From positions 62,682,001 through 62,746,000 of the forward strand of contig OZ336885.1 of NCBI GenBank assembly GCA_965287045.1: DNA of 64,000 nt, given 5' to 3'. The notes beneath the pieces are model-generated. The model saw nothing but the letters and a program-made list of their open reading frames with translations. It had not been told where the DNA came from and searched no databases. This DNA comes from Carcharhinus amblyrhynchos (lineage: Eukaryota). Shown here piece by piece: positions 42,301-56,400 of this stretch; the stretch's first letter is position 1, and each line of letters opens with the position of its first letter. Position numbers and translations under genes: made by a program.

Positions 42301-45300
42301 GTGTCATTCATCCCTTAGCATTTTGATTGACTGTCATTCAGTCGGCTGGTGTGCACGGGTTATGGTGTTGGCGGGGGAAGGGTTGCGGGGTGCATTTCAT
42401 AATCGATTGGCTGTTGCGTTCGTGGGTGGGTGGGGTGCAATACAAAGCCTCCCATTCGACAGAGGAATGATTACAACCTGGGGTTCAGTATATCACCACT
42501 GTCCTAGTTCTCTGAAGGGCAGCAGTGAGGCAATATGTTCAAGGGATGGAGAAATGGCGTACCCGCATTATGCGTATCCATGGGGGGGTGGGGGGGGGGG
42601 CATGATGTGAGCGGACGGCCACGTCTCTTGGTGGGGGACACGGTGTTGGGGGTGGGGGAGGGGCGGGAGGACAATGGGTCGAGCGGTATCACTGTGTGGG
42701 GTTGACGATGTTTTGGGTGCCATCAATAAGGCCAGCGATGAGATGTGTGTGTTGCGGGGCGGGGAGAAGTGAGGGCGCGGTAGTTGTGGGGGCCAGCGAT
42801 GAATTCGAGTGCTTTATGGCAGTGATCGACTATTTTCCGCGATCTACCACCATTACGCTCATATGCCAGTTCCCACTCATCCCACCGATTTCAGGGTCTT
42901 TGCCGCGAATGGGCGACAGATCCCCCCAAAGTTTAATGATATACACCACTGGGACCTCTCAGTGCACAGAGATTCGGGTGAAAAGCTGAAGTGGGAAATC
43001 ATTCGAGATTTGGAACAAATCTCCCATCAGTCCAGCACTTCTGTGAGACCGGCGGCTATGAGTTAACATTGTTGTTGCGCTCGTCTCAACACGTTAAATT
43101 AGTTTGCACTTCGTTCCCTTTTTGCATTCAGAGAATTGTTCGTACTCCGTTGCATATCGGGTTCAATTCATAAATGTTGTATTAATGTTTATGCCTCAAA
43201 CAGATGACAGAATATGTGAGCTAAACGCAGGTATGTGAGTGAAAGCAGAACGTCAATTGACACGCTTTCAAAACATACGTTTTCATGTTATTGTTTCCAT
43301 GGACTATTTAAAATCTATTTTTCAAATTATTGCATAATTATGCTAGTTTTTAAGAACGTCATTGAATGTCGATTCTGAAGAATTGGTAAAGGTCGTACTT
43401 AATATCCCGTCCTCATGCAAGAAAGAACGATGGGGCTGCTACAAACAGGAGCAGAATCATAAAACACACACACACACACACACACACACGCGCGCAGATA
43501 ATCATCATAGAAGGAGATAACTTTGGTTTAGAATGCACTTTTTGAGATAAATGAATGAACTCTACCTCAAATCGGAATAAACGCTGAAGTGAAAAAAAAA
43601 GAGGATTGCAATACACCTCAGAAGGGAAGTTGTTGTTTGAAACAGACACAAATAGAATTGAGGACAGTGGCGTTGGAACTGGGATTCACTGGAGCTGGAA
43701 CTGGAACTGGAGCTTCAAACAGTGCACGAAAGTAAATCGTGTTCAGTTTGACTTATTGTCTCAAACTCGGTCACAAAGTGATTGCCGTATTCAAGAAAGG
43801 GATGGGTAATTCTTGGGGGGTTTCTCTGTGCTGTGGCTGGGTTACGTTGGTTCGATTACTGGAATCACCGATCGTATATATTTTCAAAATTGTGTTTTTT
43901 CTGACCCTTGGAAAAGAAACAGATTTCATTCCAATTATTTAGAATGGCGACACTTAAGCAAATGTTTTGTGCGCGACTCAGTAAGAAACACATAGATGGT
44001 AAAATTTCCCACTCTGCGTATGAACACTAATTCCGATATTGACAAGAAAACGACGACAAGCAATAGCTTAAAACCAAACATAGATGTTTTGATTACTTTT
44101 CAGAATTGTCCAAGTGCCAAGAAAGTTTAAAGGATACAGGTAAACACTGAACTCCAGTGAACAATGGCTGTTCCATTGTTGCTTTTTTTTTCAGAAGTGC
44201 AGTCTCTCTGTAAATTTAGTTCGTGTTGCATGAAACTGTTGCATATTTAACGCATAAAAAATATAACGTTAACACATAAACCAAAGTGATTTCATATCAT
44301 CAAGCCAAAATTACGAATAGTCAAGAAGGAGCGGACATAATCTATTAGTCCAATATATCTGCTTATAAAAGTAATTACGTTTTCAAAACAAAGTAATCTC
44401 TAATTCGACCGTTGTACCCTCTCAAAAGGGAAGCTGATATGTCACAATCTGTGGTGCACGTGTTTGAATTTGACATCCCTGAGGAATGTGTCTGACTTTA
44501 AGGAGAAAATGATGTTGGAAAACAATTGAAAGATGCATTTCTGCCAAGACTAACCGGATCTTTCTGAATGTATGTTCGGATTGAGAATGTTGATGTTTGT
44601 GATTGATGTATGATCCCAACATTTGTCCAGAATAGTGTTTCCATTGCTTCGCCAAGGAAGGAGCTTGAGATTAAGTGTGTCCTTTCGGAAATTGTGTTTC
44701 ATGCCAATATGACATTCCAAATGTATTTGCAAAACATCACAGATAACACTTAACTCCAATTCCATGACGTTCAGCCTTGTCGCGGCTTATTCATTGCTGA
44801 AACAATGATTGATGCCCAACAACTTGTACAATTTCACTGTGGCTGGCGTCCAGACTCTTATACTATTTAACTTGCGATGAATTAATTATTAATTTATGTA
44901 CATGCAAGGCCAGTTATTCTACAGATATATATGAAAGCGCCCCCGCCCGACCCCCCCCCCCCCCACCTCCAGCTGTCCACTCATATGCACGTGGATAAAA
45001 AGAGATGCCACAGCACTTCCTGAAACTCCCACCAATAAGTACCGTTATCCCTGACACATGGTTCAAAAATAACTCGCGGCCAAGGAACATCATGGTTTAC
45101 AAAATGGCATATTTGTGTTCAAACTACTTTATAGTGACGTAGCTCCTTTCTCTGCATTATATTCCAGAGACCTTTCTCCAGCCAATCCTTGTGCATCCTT
45201 TTCATGGTTGAGTGAGAGTGATTTCACTTGTCATAGCCTCAGTTCTGATTTTCCCTTTTCAGCTCTCTCCGGAGATCTTTTTTTTTGTTGATAAACAATG

Positions 45301-47153
45301 ATGAACACGAGTGAACTGGTTGCAAATTTTGTCTGTAATGGAAAAATAAAATTGATAGGATTGTTTTCACATTATTAGTGTGATCTCTGCACTCCTGATG
45401 CATGTAAATATTGCCTTGAGGATAGAGTTGGTACATTATGAAATCATTTAGCAGTTGCTTTGATTCGGAGAGCATGACCTTATGGATTATACACTTCATT
45501 AAAAAAGATTTTGGAGTTTTGGAACATGTGCGATTAGTAAAATTGAAAACTACAACTGCAAATTTGGAAAGTAGCTGATTCTCATTTTTCTGCATATAAC
45601 TCAGGTGATGGAAAATTATAAGCGAATGGGAAGGATATATTTTCAACGAAAAACTCCCTAACGATTTTCCAGTATATACTATTTTCTGCAATGTGGAACA
45701 GTATATTATTTTTTTCACAGAGAAAACGGCAAATGTGTTTGCCCACGACAGCAAAATCTTTATAACTCACTATTATTCTGAAGAAAACACGGCCAAAAAA
45801 AACTGTTCCATAACAGGGCTCATTCAGCATTCATGTAAGAACCTCTGCTCACGTTCTTAACCATGATGTTCAACTGGAATAAATAATCCAAAAGCAAGCT
45901 ATCTTTCCAAAAAAAGAACAAAACAAGCTAGGATTTGTACCGCAGGTTCGGTTCTGATTTATCTGATTGGTATGCATCGATATTTACTGGTTCATTTCGC
46001 CGTTCATGAAATAAAATCCGCTCCTTGACATTCCAGCACTTTTTTTTATCAGATTATAGATTTCGTGCTCTCCACGAATCAGCATTCTTGTTCGGTAAAT
46101 TGCCAATGACTCCATTATCGGTTTGCATCTGTCGCGCCAGTATTCCAGCCCATACCATATTACATTTGCGAAGTCAGTTTACATTTTTTTTAATCGTACG
46201 TGCCTTTGCAGGAGTTGAATTTAGTAACTTACTGATATCCTGCTCTGGGTATTCTTTTCTTCCCCCTCTCTGTCTGATAATGGATTTATTTCAGAAATAT
46301 ACCTTATTAAAATACTTTTTTTTTTCTTCCCGTATTTACTTTAGTATCTGCAAATTGAATACTGATATTGCACATGGTGTTCTAAGTGTACAATAATACA
46401 AATGCATAGCTTTGTCAAAAATGATGCCACCATGTAACTCATGTTTCTCCCATGCAGAAAAAAAATTGAGAGGTAAAGAGAAAAGTTATTTTATGACAAT
46501 GAATGTGTGTTGATTTATTGAAAATGTACCTGGGAGTGGGGGCGAAACGTTTGATGTCCATGAATGTGTGATATGCAGCATTATATATTTGCTGCTATTT
46601 GTCTACGGTTAAGTTACAACACAGGATATAATATCATGTCAATCAACTGATCAGCACATCTGAAAGGGTTTTGTACACTTGCGCCAATGCCCAAGTGAAC
46701 CACTGCTAAAATTTAATGACCGTTCAGTTCCAGATAGCTCCTAATTATAGTGAAACTGCATGTGCAATCACCCACAGTATAGATTCATATTTGAGTTTTC
46801 ATTTGCATTTCCTCGCTTTGTTAGCATTTAAATCAATTCAAATCATCAAACAGTATGCAAATATTCTTGACAGGCATGCACTTAAAAGTAGTGAATTGGG
46901 GCTAGGGTGCTATTCAGGTAACTACTATAAAGACTTTCAGAGCATTTGAAAAAAAAGAGACTTCTGTGATCCCCAGCACTTACCCCACCCCCACCTCCCC
47001 CCCCCCCCCCCACCCCCAACCCCACCCCCAGTCGAGTTGAAATTCAACATGGCAAAACCATTGTCAGGTTGACGCCAAAGAACAGAAACAAGAAGTAATG
47101 CCATTCAAATAATATAAAAAAAAACACATTTTGGTCGTTCTCTTTCTGCACAC

Positions 47154-47190
<37 letters not shown>

Positions 47191-50100
47191 TCTGTATGTG
47201 TGTGCGTGTTTGTTTGTATGCTTACATAGCGACAGAAATAACGGTAAATGTTTTATGTACGGCAATGACTTTAATATTGCTCCCATACGTTAGGGACAAT
47301 TATCCCGACTAAACTGTAACAATTGACAGTCGTTACGAATGAATCTTGTTGCATTTCCATCATTATGTTTGAGTTCCCACAGAGAGAAGTTGTCGACTTC
47401 GTTTTCACGCAGACCCAGCAATTTTTTTAATGTCTTTTTTAACAAACTATGGGACATTTGCATTGATTGTTCACCATATACCCGGTTAACTATACTTTAC
47501 ACACAAAGACATTTCTCAGTCTTGCAAGTATCAGAAAGAACAGCTCTGTTTTATTTAGTTCCAGTCATTGCTAACCTGCCTCCTCACTTATATCACATCA
47601 TTTCTATCTTCATTTTGGTTTCAGCTTGCTGTGATAACTGTCAGTTGCTGTTTCGTCAAATGTCACGTGTTTCCTGCACAGCCTACTTGTGCAATTGTAA
47701 AGTTCCTTCAAATGTGTTATTTTAAAACACACATTGCCAAAACAAGCCATCGTCACATTCCGGATTGGGCACACACTGTGATTGCAGTAGTCATTGTCAA
47801 CACGAAGAAAATCTGCATGCGTTTGATTAACCACCTGGAAAATGTGCCAGCACTTCTTCATGAGTGTTCTTTTTTATATTGTATTTCACAGAGGCAATAT
47901 CCGAAGCTAAAGAGAAAGGTTCGTACATATACGGCTTCAGAGCTGGTACGGCCAAAAAAGCTCCTTAACGGCCACTCACAAATGACAGCTATTGCAACAT
48001 TTATCGATTCGACTTCAAGCTTTCAGCTATGAAGTGGCTCTAAACGCACTTTCGCAGACAATACCAAAACAGTCCCGTGCTTCTACGTCAATGAGCTTGT
48101 GACGGGTGGTCTGGTGATCAACAACAAACTAGAGTTGTTGCCCTATAAATATGAACATTCTAAATAAGAGTTGGATACAGAAAACCAGGATATGATCCGT
48201 AGAACGTTTGCGGGCAAAACATACTGAGCTATTTATCCATCTCCACAACTCCGGAAATCATGAGCATCAACAAATGCGGTGTCCTCTTCAATTTGCGAGA
48301 TACCTGATAATTCTGCACGCAGAATAAAGAATAACGGCTAAATGATTTGGTTTCATTGAGATATAGTGCTAAACGTGTGCACTCCAAAAAAATGCCGTAA
48401 GCCGAGACAGGTATGCACGAAAGTTTTTATGCTTGCCTTCGTATGAATATTAACTTAGAATAAATGCGATCTCTATTTCCCTACTCCGTCATCCTGCGCT
48501 CATTGAACACAAAAAAGCCGATCACATGCACATCTTCCCCTGCTCTAAAGTTATAGGGCCACAACATTCACCTTCTCACAGAAACAATTTGGATAAGAGC
48601 CTCACAAGTAAACCACTAATGTCATTATCAATATGTTCCAAAACTGTGTCGTGGCAAGAGGTGATGCAACTCTATCTGGTCCTTTATTCAATACACTTTT
48701 TGACCGAATGGCCTGCTGATAGAACTGGTGTCAATATCAGAAGGCTAATGTGTCTATTTGTGATGACGGCGAGAATGATGTCTTGCTCAGAGAGATGGGG
48801 GTTGGGGCGTGGAGGGTGGATTTCCACCGTGTGCCCACACATCATACAGAGAGGGAGATAGCTTTTGCTGTTCGAGTATTCCAATTCAATCATGTAAACA
48901 GGCACATGCCAGGATTTTTTTTTGTTGAACCTCCTGACCTAGTCTAAAACAATTTAACATGTTCATCAATGTTTCAGTCACTGAAACCTTCATATTACAG
49001 CTTCTTAATTATTACACCCTTTCTTTGCTTTCATGATTTCGAATATACCTAAACCGACATAGCCCAATGTTGCAAAATATAGACGACAGTTAGTTGTGGA
49101 TGACGAATATATAAGTAATGTTCAACTCATAGAGACGCGAGACAGTGACGGATCCCAATTGGTGAGAACCTCAGCATTTGCTTTTGACATTCAGAACGCA
49201 TTAAGTTGCGTGTATTAATACCAGCAATACTCTGGATAATAATAAGACTAAAGGTAACATTAGCTCAATTTGATATAAAATTAGTTTGTCTTTAATAGGA
49301 AACCAAGGATTGGGAATTCTGACAGATGCTTCTCACGTGTCTTTCGACTAATTCAGACAAAGCAGAACGTACAAAGCACACCATACAAAGAAAGTTTGCT
49401 GTTCGAATATTCCAGTTCAATCATTTATTCAGAGATATGCTACTGTCATTGAATATGTTAACGTGCCTGGATGACAGTACATTCAAATCTCTCAAGAAGA
49501 ATGGCATCACCGAGGATAATGCGCGCTGCTTGAAATAGAAAGCTATAAAAGACGCAAAGATCCATTCCCTAGGCACGTTAGTGAAGAACGCAGTCGACTA
49601 TGTATAATATTAACTGCAGAAACTCTACAAATCCCCTTCCACAGTTCATATCAGAATCAAAAAGTCTCCTCGCTAGAAGGAAAATAACAAAGATAAAGAC
49701 AATTTGCGTCAAACTGGGATTGGCCTGAAGACAAGGTGTTGAGTATGACAGAACAAATTGCTGTGATTAGTTTCAATCTGCGTCACAATTGATGAATTAT
49801 ATGTTGGAATTGTGAGTGACTAAATGCAAATTGTTTCCGTTCAAGGAGAAAGTATACTTTCCTTCTTCATAAGAGAAACATTTTTCAATGTGTTCAAATA
49901 ATTTGCAGTAAACAGCGAACACATTTTGCATTGATTTGAAATATGTATTTACCTTGGCTTTCACGGATCTTGACATTTAGCATAGCTGACAAGTGTATTA
50001 CAGTATTCTTTATAGTTACAATGTTTGCAATTTTCACTTTAGGGTGCACATTTAGGTGCATTTAAACTGTAACTTAATTACATCCGTTGTTTATAAGCTG

Positions 50101-50440
50101 TGTCTGCACATGTTTCTATTTTGCCTGGAACAGATGACATGATTTTCGAGCTAAAAGAAGGTATTTGATAGAATTAAAAAAAGTTCTAACGATTAGAAAA
50201 TGTAGTTGTATGATTTGTTTTTGTTCGTCATAGGAAATAAGTCTTTGCAAAATAAATAATCGTGTTTAAAACGTAGATAATATGTCGATTTTACAAAATG
50301 AAAAAAAAACTGGGGATATTATTAATTCCTACTCGTACAGAAATAGATCAAAATTGATTGCCCATACATTAATTCTAATTGAAATCCCAGAAACAGTCGC
50401 AAAACAAACAGACACACACACAGACAGACACATTCATGCA

Positions 50441-50476
<36 letters not shown>

Positions 50477-53400
50477 CACACAACAAGAAACCGGACAAAG
50501 CAAAACGAGTGAAAAAAAAAGTAGGCTGAAACAAAACGTATTGTTAAGAAGTGTTTTAACATGATTTCTTCTATACTTCCCACAGTATGCACAGAAGCAA
50601 GCCGTATTTCTTTTGTGATCATATTTTCAAAAATTTCTTCGGTGACTTTGCAGTTTATTTTTGCGCAACTCCTGTTTCCTCATTGTGATCGAATTGTCTG
50701 TAAACAGGCGGATATATTATGATGTTTTTGAACACTAGAAAGATGGAAACGATAAATGTGCATCAGCACATGTGTAATGTGTGTTTATATGTGTGCGTGT
50801 GGGTGTCAGTTTGTGTGTATGCGCAGTTGTGGAATTGCTAATTCGAGGAGAGAAAAAAAATGTGCAAGTCACAAGTGCCAGTGAGTCTGATCACGGATTT
50901 GAATTAATGAAGAGCTATCGCACAGAGCAAGTTCAACTAAAAAAGACTGACGTTAGAAAAATGTCAACCTCATTTAAACTAATAAAGATTTGGATAGAGA
51001 AATAAATGAAAGGATGATAACTGCAAAAAAAGAAATATTCAGAAAAAAAGAATAATGTGCTAAGCAAATTGCTAGACTGACAGACCATCATGGTTAAGGT
51101 AAAAACTTTATAATTCCAACATTATTTGAAAATAAACGATGCAATATGGTCCTCATTACAAGATACGTAAGACAGAGAACTTAGTCGTCCAAAAGAGCAG
51201 GTTGCAAGAAATAAATGTGATAATTTCTTCAAGCAAGAGCCAGTTCGCATCAAGTAACTTGAGACCGAAGTGAGATAGGGAGTGGTGAATGAAAAAAAAA
51301 CAACTATTGCTATACAATGTTATTATGCCAGAAATGTAAATTGATTACGTTGCAACGGCATTCAAGGATTACAGGGGAGTGAGTGGTTTTCTCTGGGGAA
51401 ATAAAATGAAATATGACGTGAGACATGGAATGAAGATCAGTGGAGGAGATGGATTCTCTTAACTTATCCTGGATTGTTAGATTGTGGAACCTGAATCTCA
51501 TCGTGCTCAACCAAGCAGTTGCAGATTTACATTGGGGGATTTCATTCAAGTAAAAAATAACACAGAGTAAAGCAAGGTACAGAACAAGAAGAGGTTCTTT
51601 GACCCTTCATGTCTGTGCCAATCATGATGACGTCATTAAGTAATAAAATGAAAACATTCTGTCCTCACTGTCTCCATATCCCTATATTCCATCTCTATCC
51701 ATGTACCCACATAGAAGACTCTTAAGTGTTGCTGATGTGTTTGTTCCCACCATCCTCTCTGGCAGCGCGTTACTACCATGAAAAAATGACATGAAAATAT
51801 TCCTCCCCATATTTCACTTAAACTTCCCCCTCACCTTGAAGCCGTGCCCCGTTCAAATTAAAAATTCAACCCTGAGAAAACGACTTTGGCTATCCATCCT
51901 GTCTGTGCCGCTCACAAATTTATGATCACGTTCCTCGGCCTCCGAATGTCCAGTGAAAAGATTTCTTGGTTATTCAACCTCCTGTCATAGTCAACAACCT
52001 CGAGAACAGTAGAAATCCTGTTTTTTTTTGCACTATCTCCAAAACTTCCCGTTCCGCTGGTGAAGTGGCGACCAGAACTGCACGCACTACTGGAAATGAT
52101 TCTTAACCATGTGTTTACATTGCTACAAAATGAATACCCAATTGCTGTACTAAATGCTTCTCTTGCAATCTTTCCACGTTCTCCAGGAAATTTCCTTACT
52201 CATGGAAGCCCGGAAATACATTTGTAGCACAGACGGTTCAGTCAGTAGAATTTCAACGATGGCTTTGCTTTGAGATTCTCTTCGCAGAGTAATAATCAAC
52301 CGTCACATACCAATGTGAATGTTAGTTAATGTGTCGTAACGGATTTTTCAAAAGGTAGATTTATTTTTCAGAATCCATGAACAGCATTTCATGGAAAGGA
52401 GGAAAAGAAAACGTGACAAACGATTGAGAAAATACGTTGAGATCATCAGATATCAGGATCAATTGGATACAAACAAAGTGAAATTGGCAACATGGGAGGA
52501 AAAGAAACTGCGATCGAAACAGGAAATTGTTTTGAGTGACGAGCTGAGCGTTCGTTAAAATTGGAACAGGAAAAGGGCTGATATCAAAAAGTCGCGATTA
52601 AGGGTGAATGCAGAAGCTGACTTGGGACACATTGGAGCAAAGTGGCATGCGTAGATGCGCAGAACTTTAGGGAGTAATGCAGAATGGAGACGACATAAGG
52701 CATTGGCTTATTATTGAGTATCTGTTCCAAAAACGTAAGGATTTACACAGCAAAAGTGGTGCGGTTGTATGGCACATACCGTTGCCGTCCTGCTTTGGTT
52801 GATTAAAGTCGGCACGGTATGGAAGTTCAAAATTGATTTTGAAAATAAAATAGACGCAACGAAAGCCAAACACTTTAGGGGCAATTCGAATACGTAGATT
52901 CTTACAATGTGCGAAGTTGGATACCTCACCCTCTGTCACAATGACCCTATAATTGAACGAACATAATGCAGATGTCAGTAAATGCTTCTCAACAAATGTT
53001 TCTGGTGTGTTCACCGATCCAGAATTAAGCCGGTGTCAAGCAAACCTAAAGGATTCACGTAAGCACCCTGTTGCCAGTCTGCATGAAACTTCTCAATGTA
53101 GTTTTGTCATTAATTACATTTCGAATGTGCAGTTTCACTTTCTGTACAAATGCAAACTATTTTTTTGTTGTTGTTACCTGTAAGTCCTGCATACTTACAG
53201 CATGAAAAAGTTATATCCTCCGGAAATGGCAAATAACAAAATTCTTAAGAATGGATGTTGATAACGAGCTGTATCCATTGTGAACGCTTCTAGTGGTAAT
53301 TACATTCGCAGAGTTAAATCCAAGCCATTCATTTATATGCAATACTGTACATACAGAAGAGAAGGAAACTATTACAAAGACAACTATTGCTTTGTTTTGA

Positions 53401-56400
53401 CATTTGTCACAACGTTGCTTGGAGTGTAGAGGTGTGGCGAACAGGCTAAATATTGTTCTTTCAAATAACTCAACATTCTTCTCGTCAGTTATAATTTATT
53501 TCCAACACTTGGCATATGAAAACGTACGTATTAGAATCCCTATTCATTGAAAGAGAAATTCTATCCTTTACCTATTATTCGACGCCGCAAGTGCCTACAA
53601 CCATTCTAGGACGGAGCACATTGCCCAGGGTTACTTTCTGGCCTATTCTCGTGCCCCTGCGAATTTTCTTCTTCCTTTGCTGTGTGACCTGTCCAACACA
53701 GGGTGTGATAATATAGCACGATAAATCCAACCACCCAGCGCAATTTTGTATTGAGGAAGGAATTCCAAAAACGTGGGAAACGCCAAGCAGTCGCGGAGGA
53801 AAGGAGCAAACATCACACATTCACGCAAGGCCAGTATCAGCCGTGGTTCTTCCGCACAACTGTGCAGAAGTAAAAAAAGAACAACGGATTACACTTTAGA
53901 AATGTAAGCATCCGCAATACAAATGGTAAAAACACATCAGTACATAGCAGGTGTTATAACCATTGTCATTCTTGGCGAAATGAATTATTTTCTTCGTGGA
54001 TATCATTGGCCCACTTGGCGATATGATAAAACTATGCCTGAAGGCAGTTTCTGTTGAACAGAAGGAACATCATCATGTCATAGATTTGAAATGCGTTGCA
54101 GCACCAAATAGATCATTCAGTTCATCATATGCTTGCCAGCCACCAGGCACCAAAATATTCCATCTCAATATTCCAGCACCCGGTCTGTGGTTCTCTGTTA
54201 TATTGAGATTTAACGTGTCACTAAAACGCTTTTGAAATATTTAAGGGTTCCGTTATGACCGATCCTTTAAGATGGCGAGGCGCAGGTCATTTTTGTAACA
54301 ATGCCATTTCCCCGAAAAAAAACAGTTTCTGTCCCATAACCTAAATTTCTGCTTTATGTTCGCTACCCTCAGTATTAAGGCCAAATGTGTCTTCATTTTT
54401 ACCCTACCCGAGGCCGTGATATCTTCGGGCCATTTAGCTTCCCACTTAGCCTACCTGCTCCAATGAAGCAACGTCCTCTAAAAAGAATCCTCTTCATATC
54501 TGAAACGCTCCAGAACTGGTAGTGTGGAAAGGGAAAGGCATTAGTTTTACTTTTAATGAGTGTTCTGACTGAGAGTGAAGCGTGCTGGGAGTTTTGGTCA
54601 ATTTACGGATAAAAACCAGAGTCAGGTCGGAAAGAGATTCTGATCTGTGAGCTGTAATCCAAAACTTCCTATGTTGGGCAGATCACGGAAGTGGTTGACA
54701 TCAACTGAGACAGCATGGCTCTGATTTACATGGATATGATGTATGGGACATGTAAAATGAACTAAGCATCATGGAGTCGTTCAAAAGTACTTTTAACTGG
54801 ATGTTCGAAGGACGTGACTGATTTATGGTTGCACAGTTAGTCCGATGACAGATAATCTTCCGGAAGCAAGCGGAGAATTGTGGATAAAAGGCATTTCAGT
54901 TCTTTGTTTGTCAGTGATAACTTCAAGGCAGCAACTATCACAACAAGACTTTGTTCCATGAAGAATGCTTCAGGGAGGAGAAAGTTGATTCTACTTGGAG
55001 GATATTCCCTGTTCAAGATTTCCTAACTCGTTAGTACCTACTTTCAGCTAAATATTAAGAGTTGATGCTCAGTTAGAGTTAGGTTTCAGTTAACAGTTAA
55101 TGAGTTACAACCGTTGATGTTTAGGTTGACACTAAAAGTGTTAAATGAAGAATGAACTGAATTACTACGATTTTTTACCTCTTAAAAATGGAACGCTTGG
55201 AACGTGTTTAGTTTAAAGATGTGGAACAGTGGATATTATGTTTTACCTCCTCAAGTGCGAACAAGTCGTTGTATAGTGTGCCGTGCAGAACTGCGCACAG
55301 CACACTATAAAGAGGCACGCTCTGAGAACACATTGGAACCCTTTACATCGTGGAGTTATTCTTTTCAATTTCAATAATATTGTCTTTTCTGTTACTGCAT
55401 CTTGCATGTTGACATTTTTCAGGCTTAAATGTTATTCATTTCGGCTCTGCCCGTCAACAGTTTTGTCGATGGCATTCTTTCGGGCTTTTTATCAAACGAA
55501 TAATATTCGGGCGATCTGTGCAAATCAGGTCAAGCCTTCTGAATTCACGTCAACTTCATGAACGTAAACTGCAAAAAGCACACAATTCAGTGCCAATTCC
55601 TACATTATATCTCTGAACAGGGACTTCTAGCCACAAAAACAAAAATAAACTGATCATCTTTGCCTTCTGCAACGAACCCAGTTCTGGATCCCCTTTGCGA
55701 CATGAATTCGGTCCAAAGATCTCTCAATATTTTGACCAGTAATAAATGCATTAAATATCAAGTGTGCTGGTAAAATCCATGTGGAAAACAAAACGTGCAC
55801 AGTCGTAATTTACAAAGTTCAGGCATCTTCTTGAATTAAGCAGTACAATTGGTTAGCTATGATTACTCCCTGATAAAGACACACTGCCTGCTCCTGACCA
55901 TTCATTGTCTCTCTCAGTAGAGAGTAATTATCAGAAACAAATCCAAATAATTTCCCGAACAGACATGTTCAATTGCCTGCAATTACTTGTTATATCACCA
56001 TATGCCGTCTTGAATAACGATGTCACATTATTTGCGCACAGTCACCAGGCACGTCTCCTGCGGCCAGGTATGACATGAAATTTATTGGCAGAGCGACAAC
56101 ATTTTCTCCCTTCTGTAAGGCAGCAGACTGTGATAAATCTGACCAAGGCTTAGTGATTCAGCAAAGTTTATTTCCCGTGAGACTAACATGACGTTCTCAA
56201 TCCCAATGTTACTTAGTTCAATTGATTGACACTTCCCTTCTGTTATTCATATTATCCATCTACGTAGTGAACACAGCCGCAAACATAAACAAAAAAAAAT
56301 TGAATAATCTGACTATGTCCTTCCTCTCCACATGCGCATTGGGACTTTGTTCACGAACAGTCCGTTCTCATTCACGGGTTGTCCTTTCCCTTTATTCTGT

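Larger units (their letters stand above)
37048..43005. mobile_element. Near full-length decayed Harbinger/PIF transposon (~6 kb) with convergent transposase and Myb genes
   Basis: Ends catgatttcac (left) and gggaaatcatt (right). Subterminal inverted similarity gacccc..gctgaaaaccagtggg..tatgag versus ctcata..cccaccgatttcagggtc. Both coding remnants present. Confidence 0.8.

Noticed and set aside
17193-49253. Other AG...GT-bounded short segments (17193-17204, 22891-22910, 49225-49253)
   Set aside because: Lengths of 12, 20 and 29 nt and peptides that do not fit the A/B/C classes; expected by chance.
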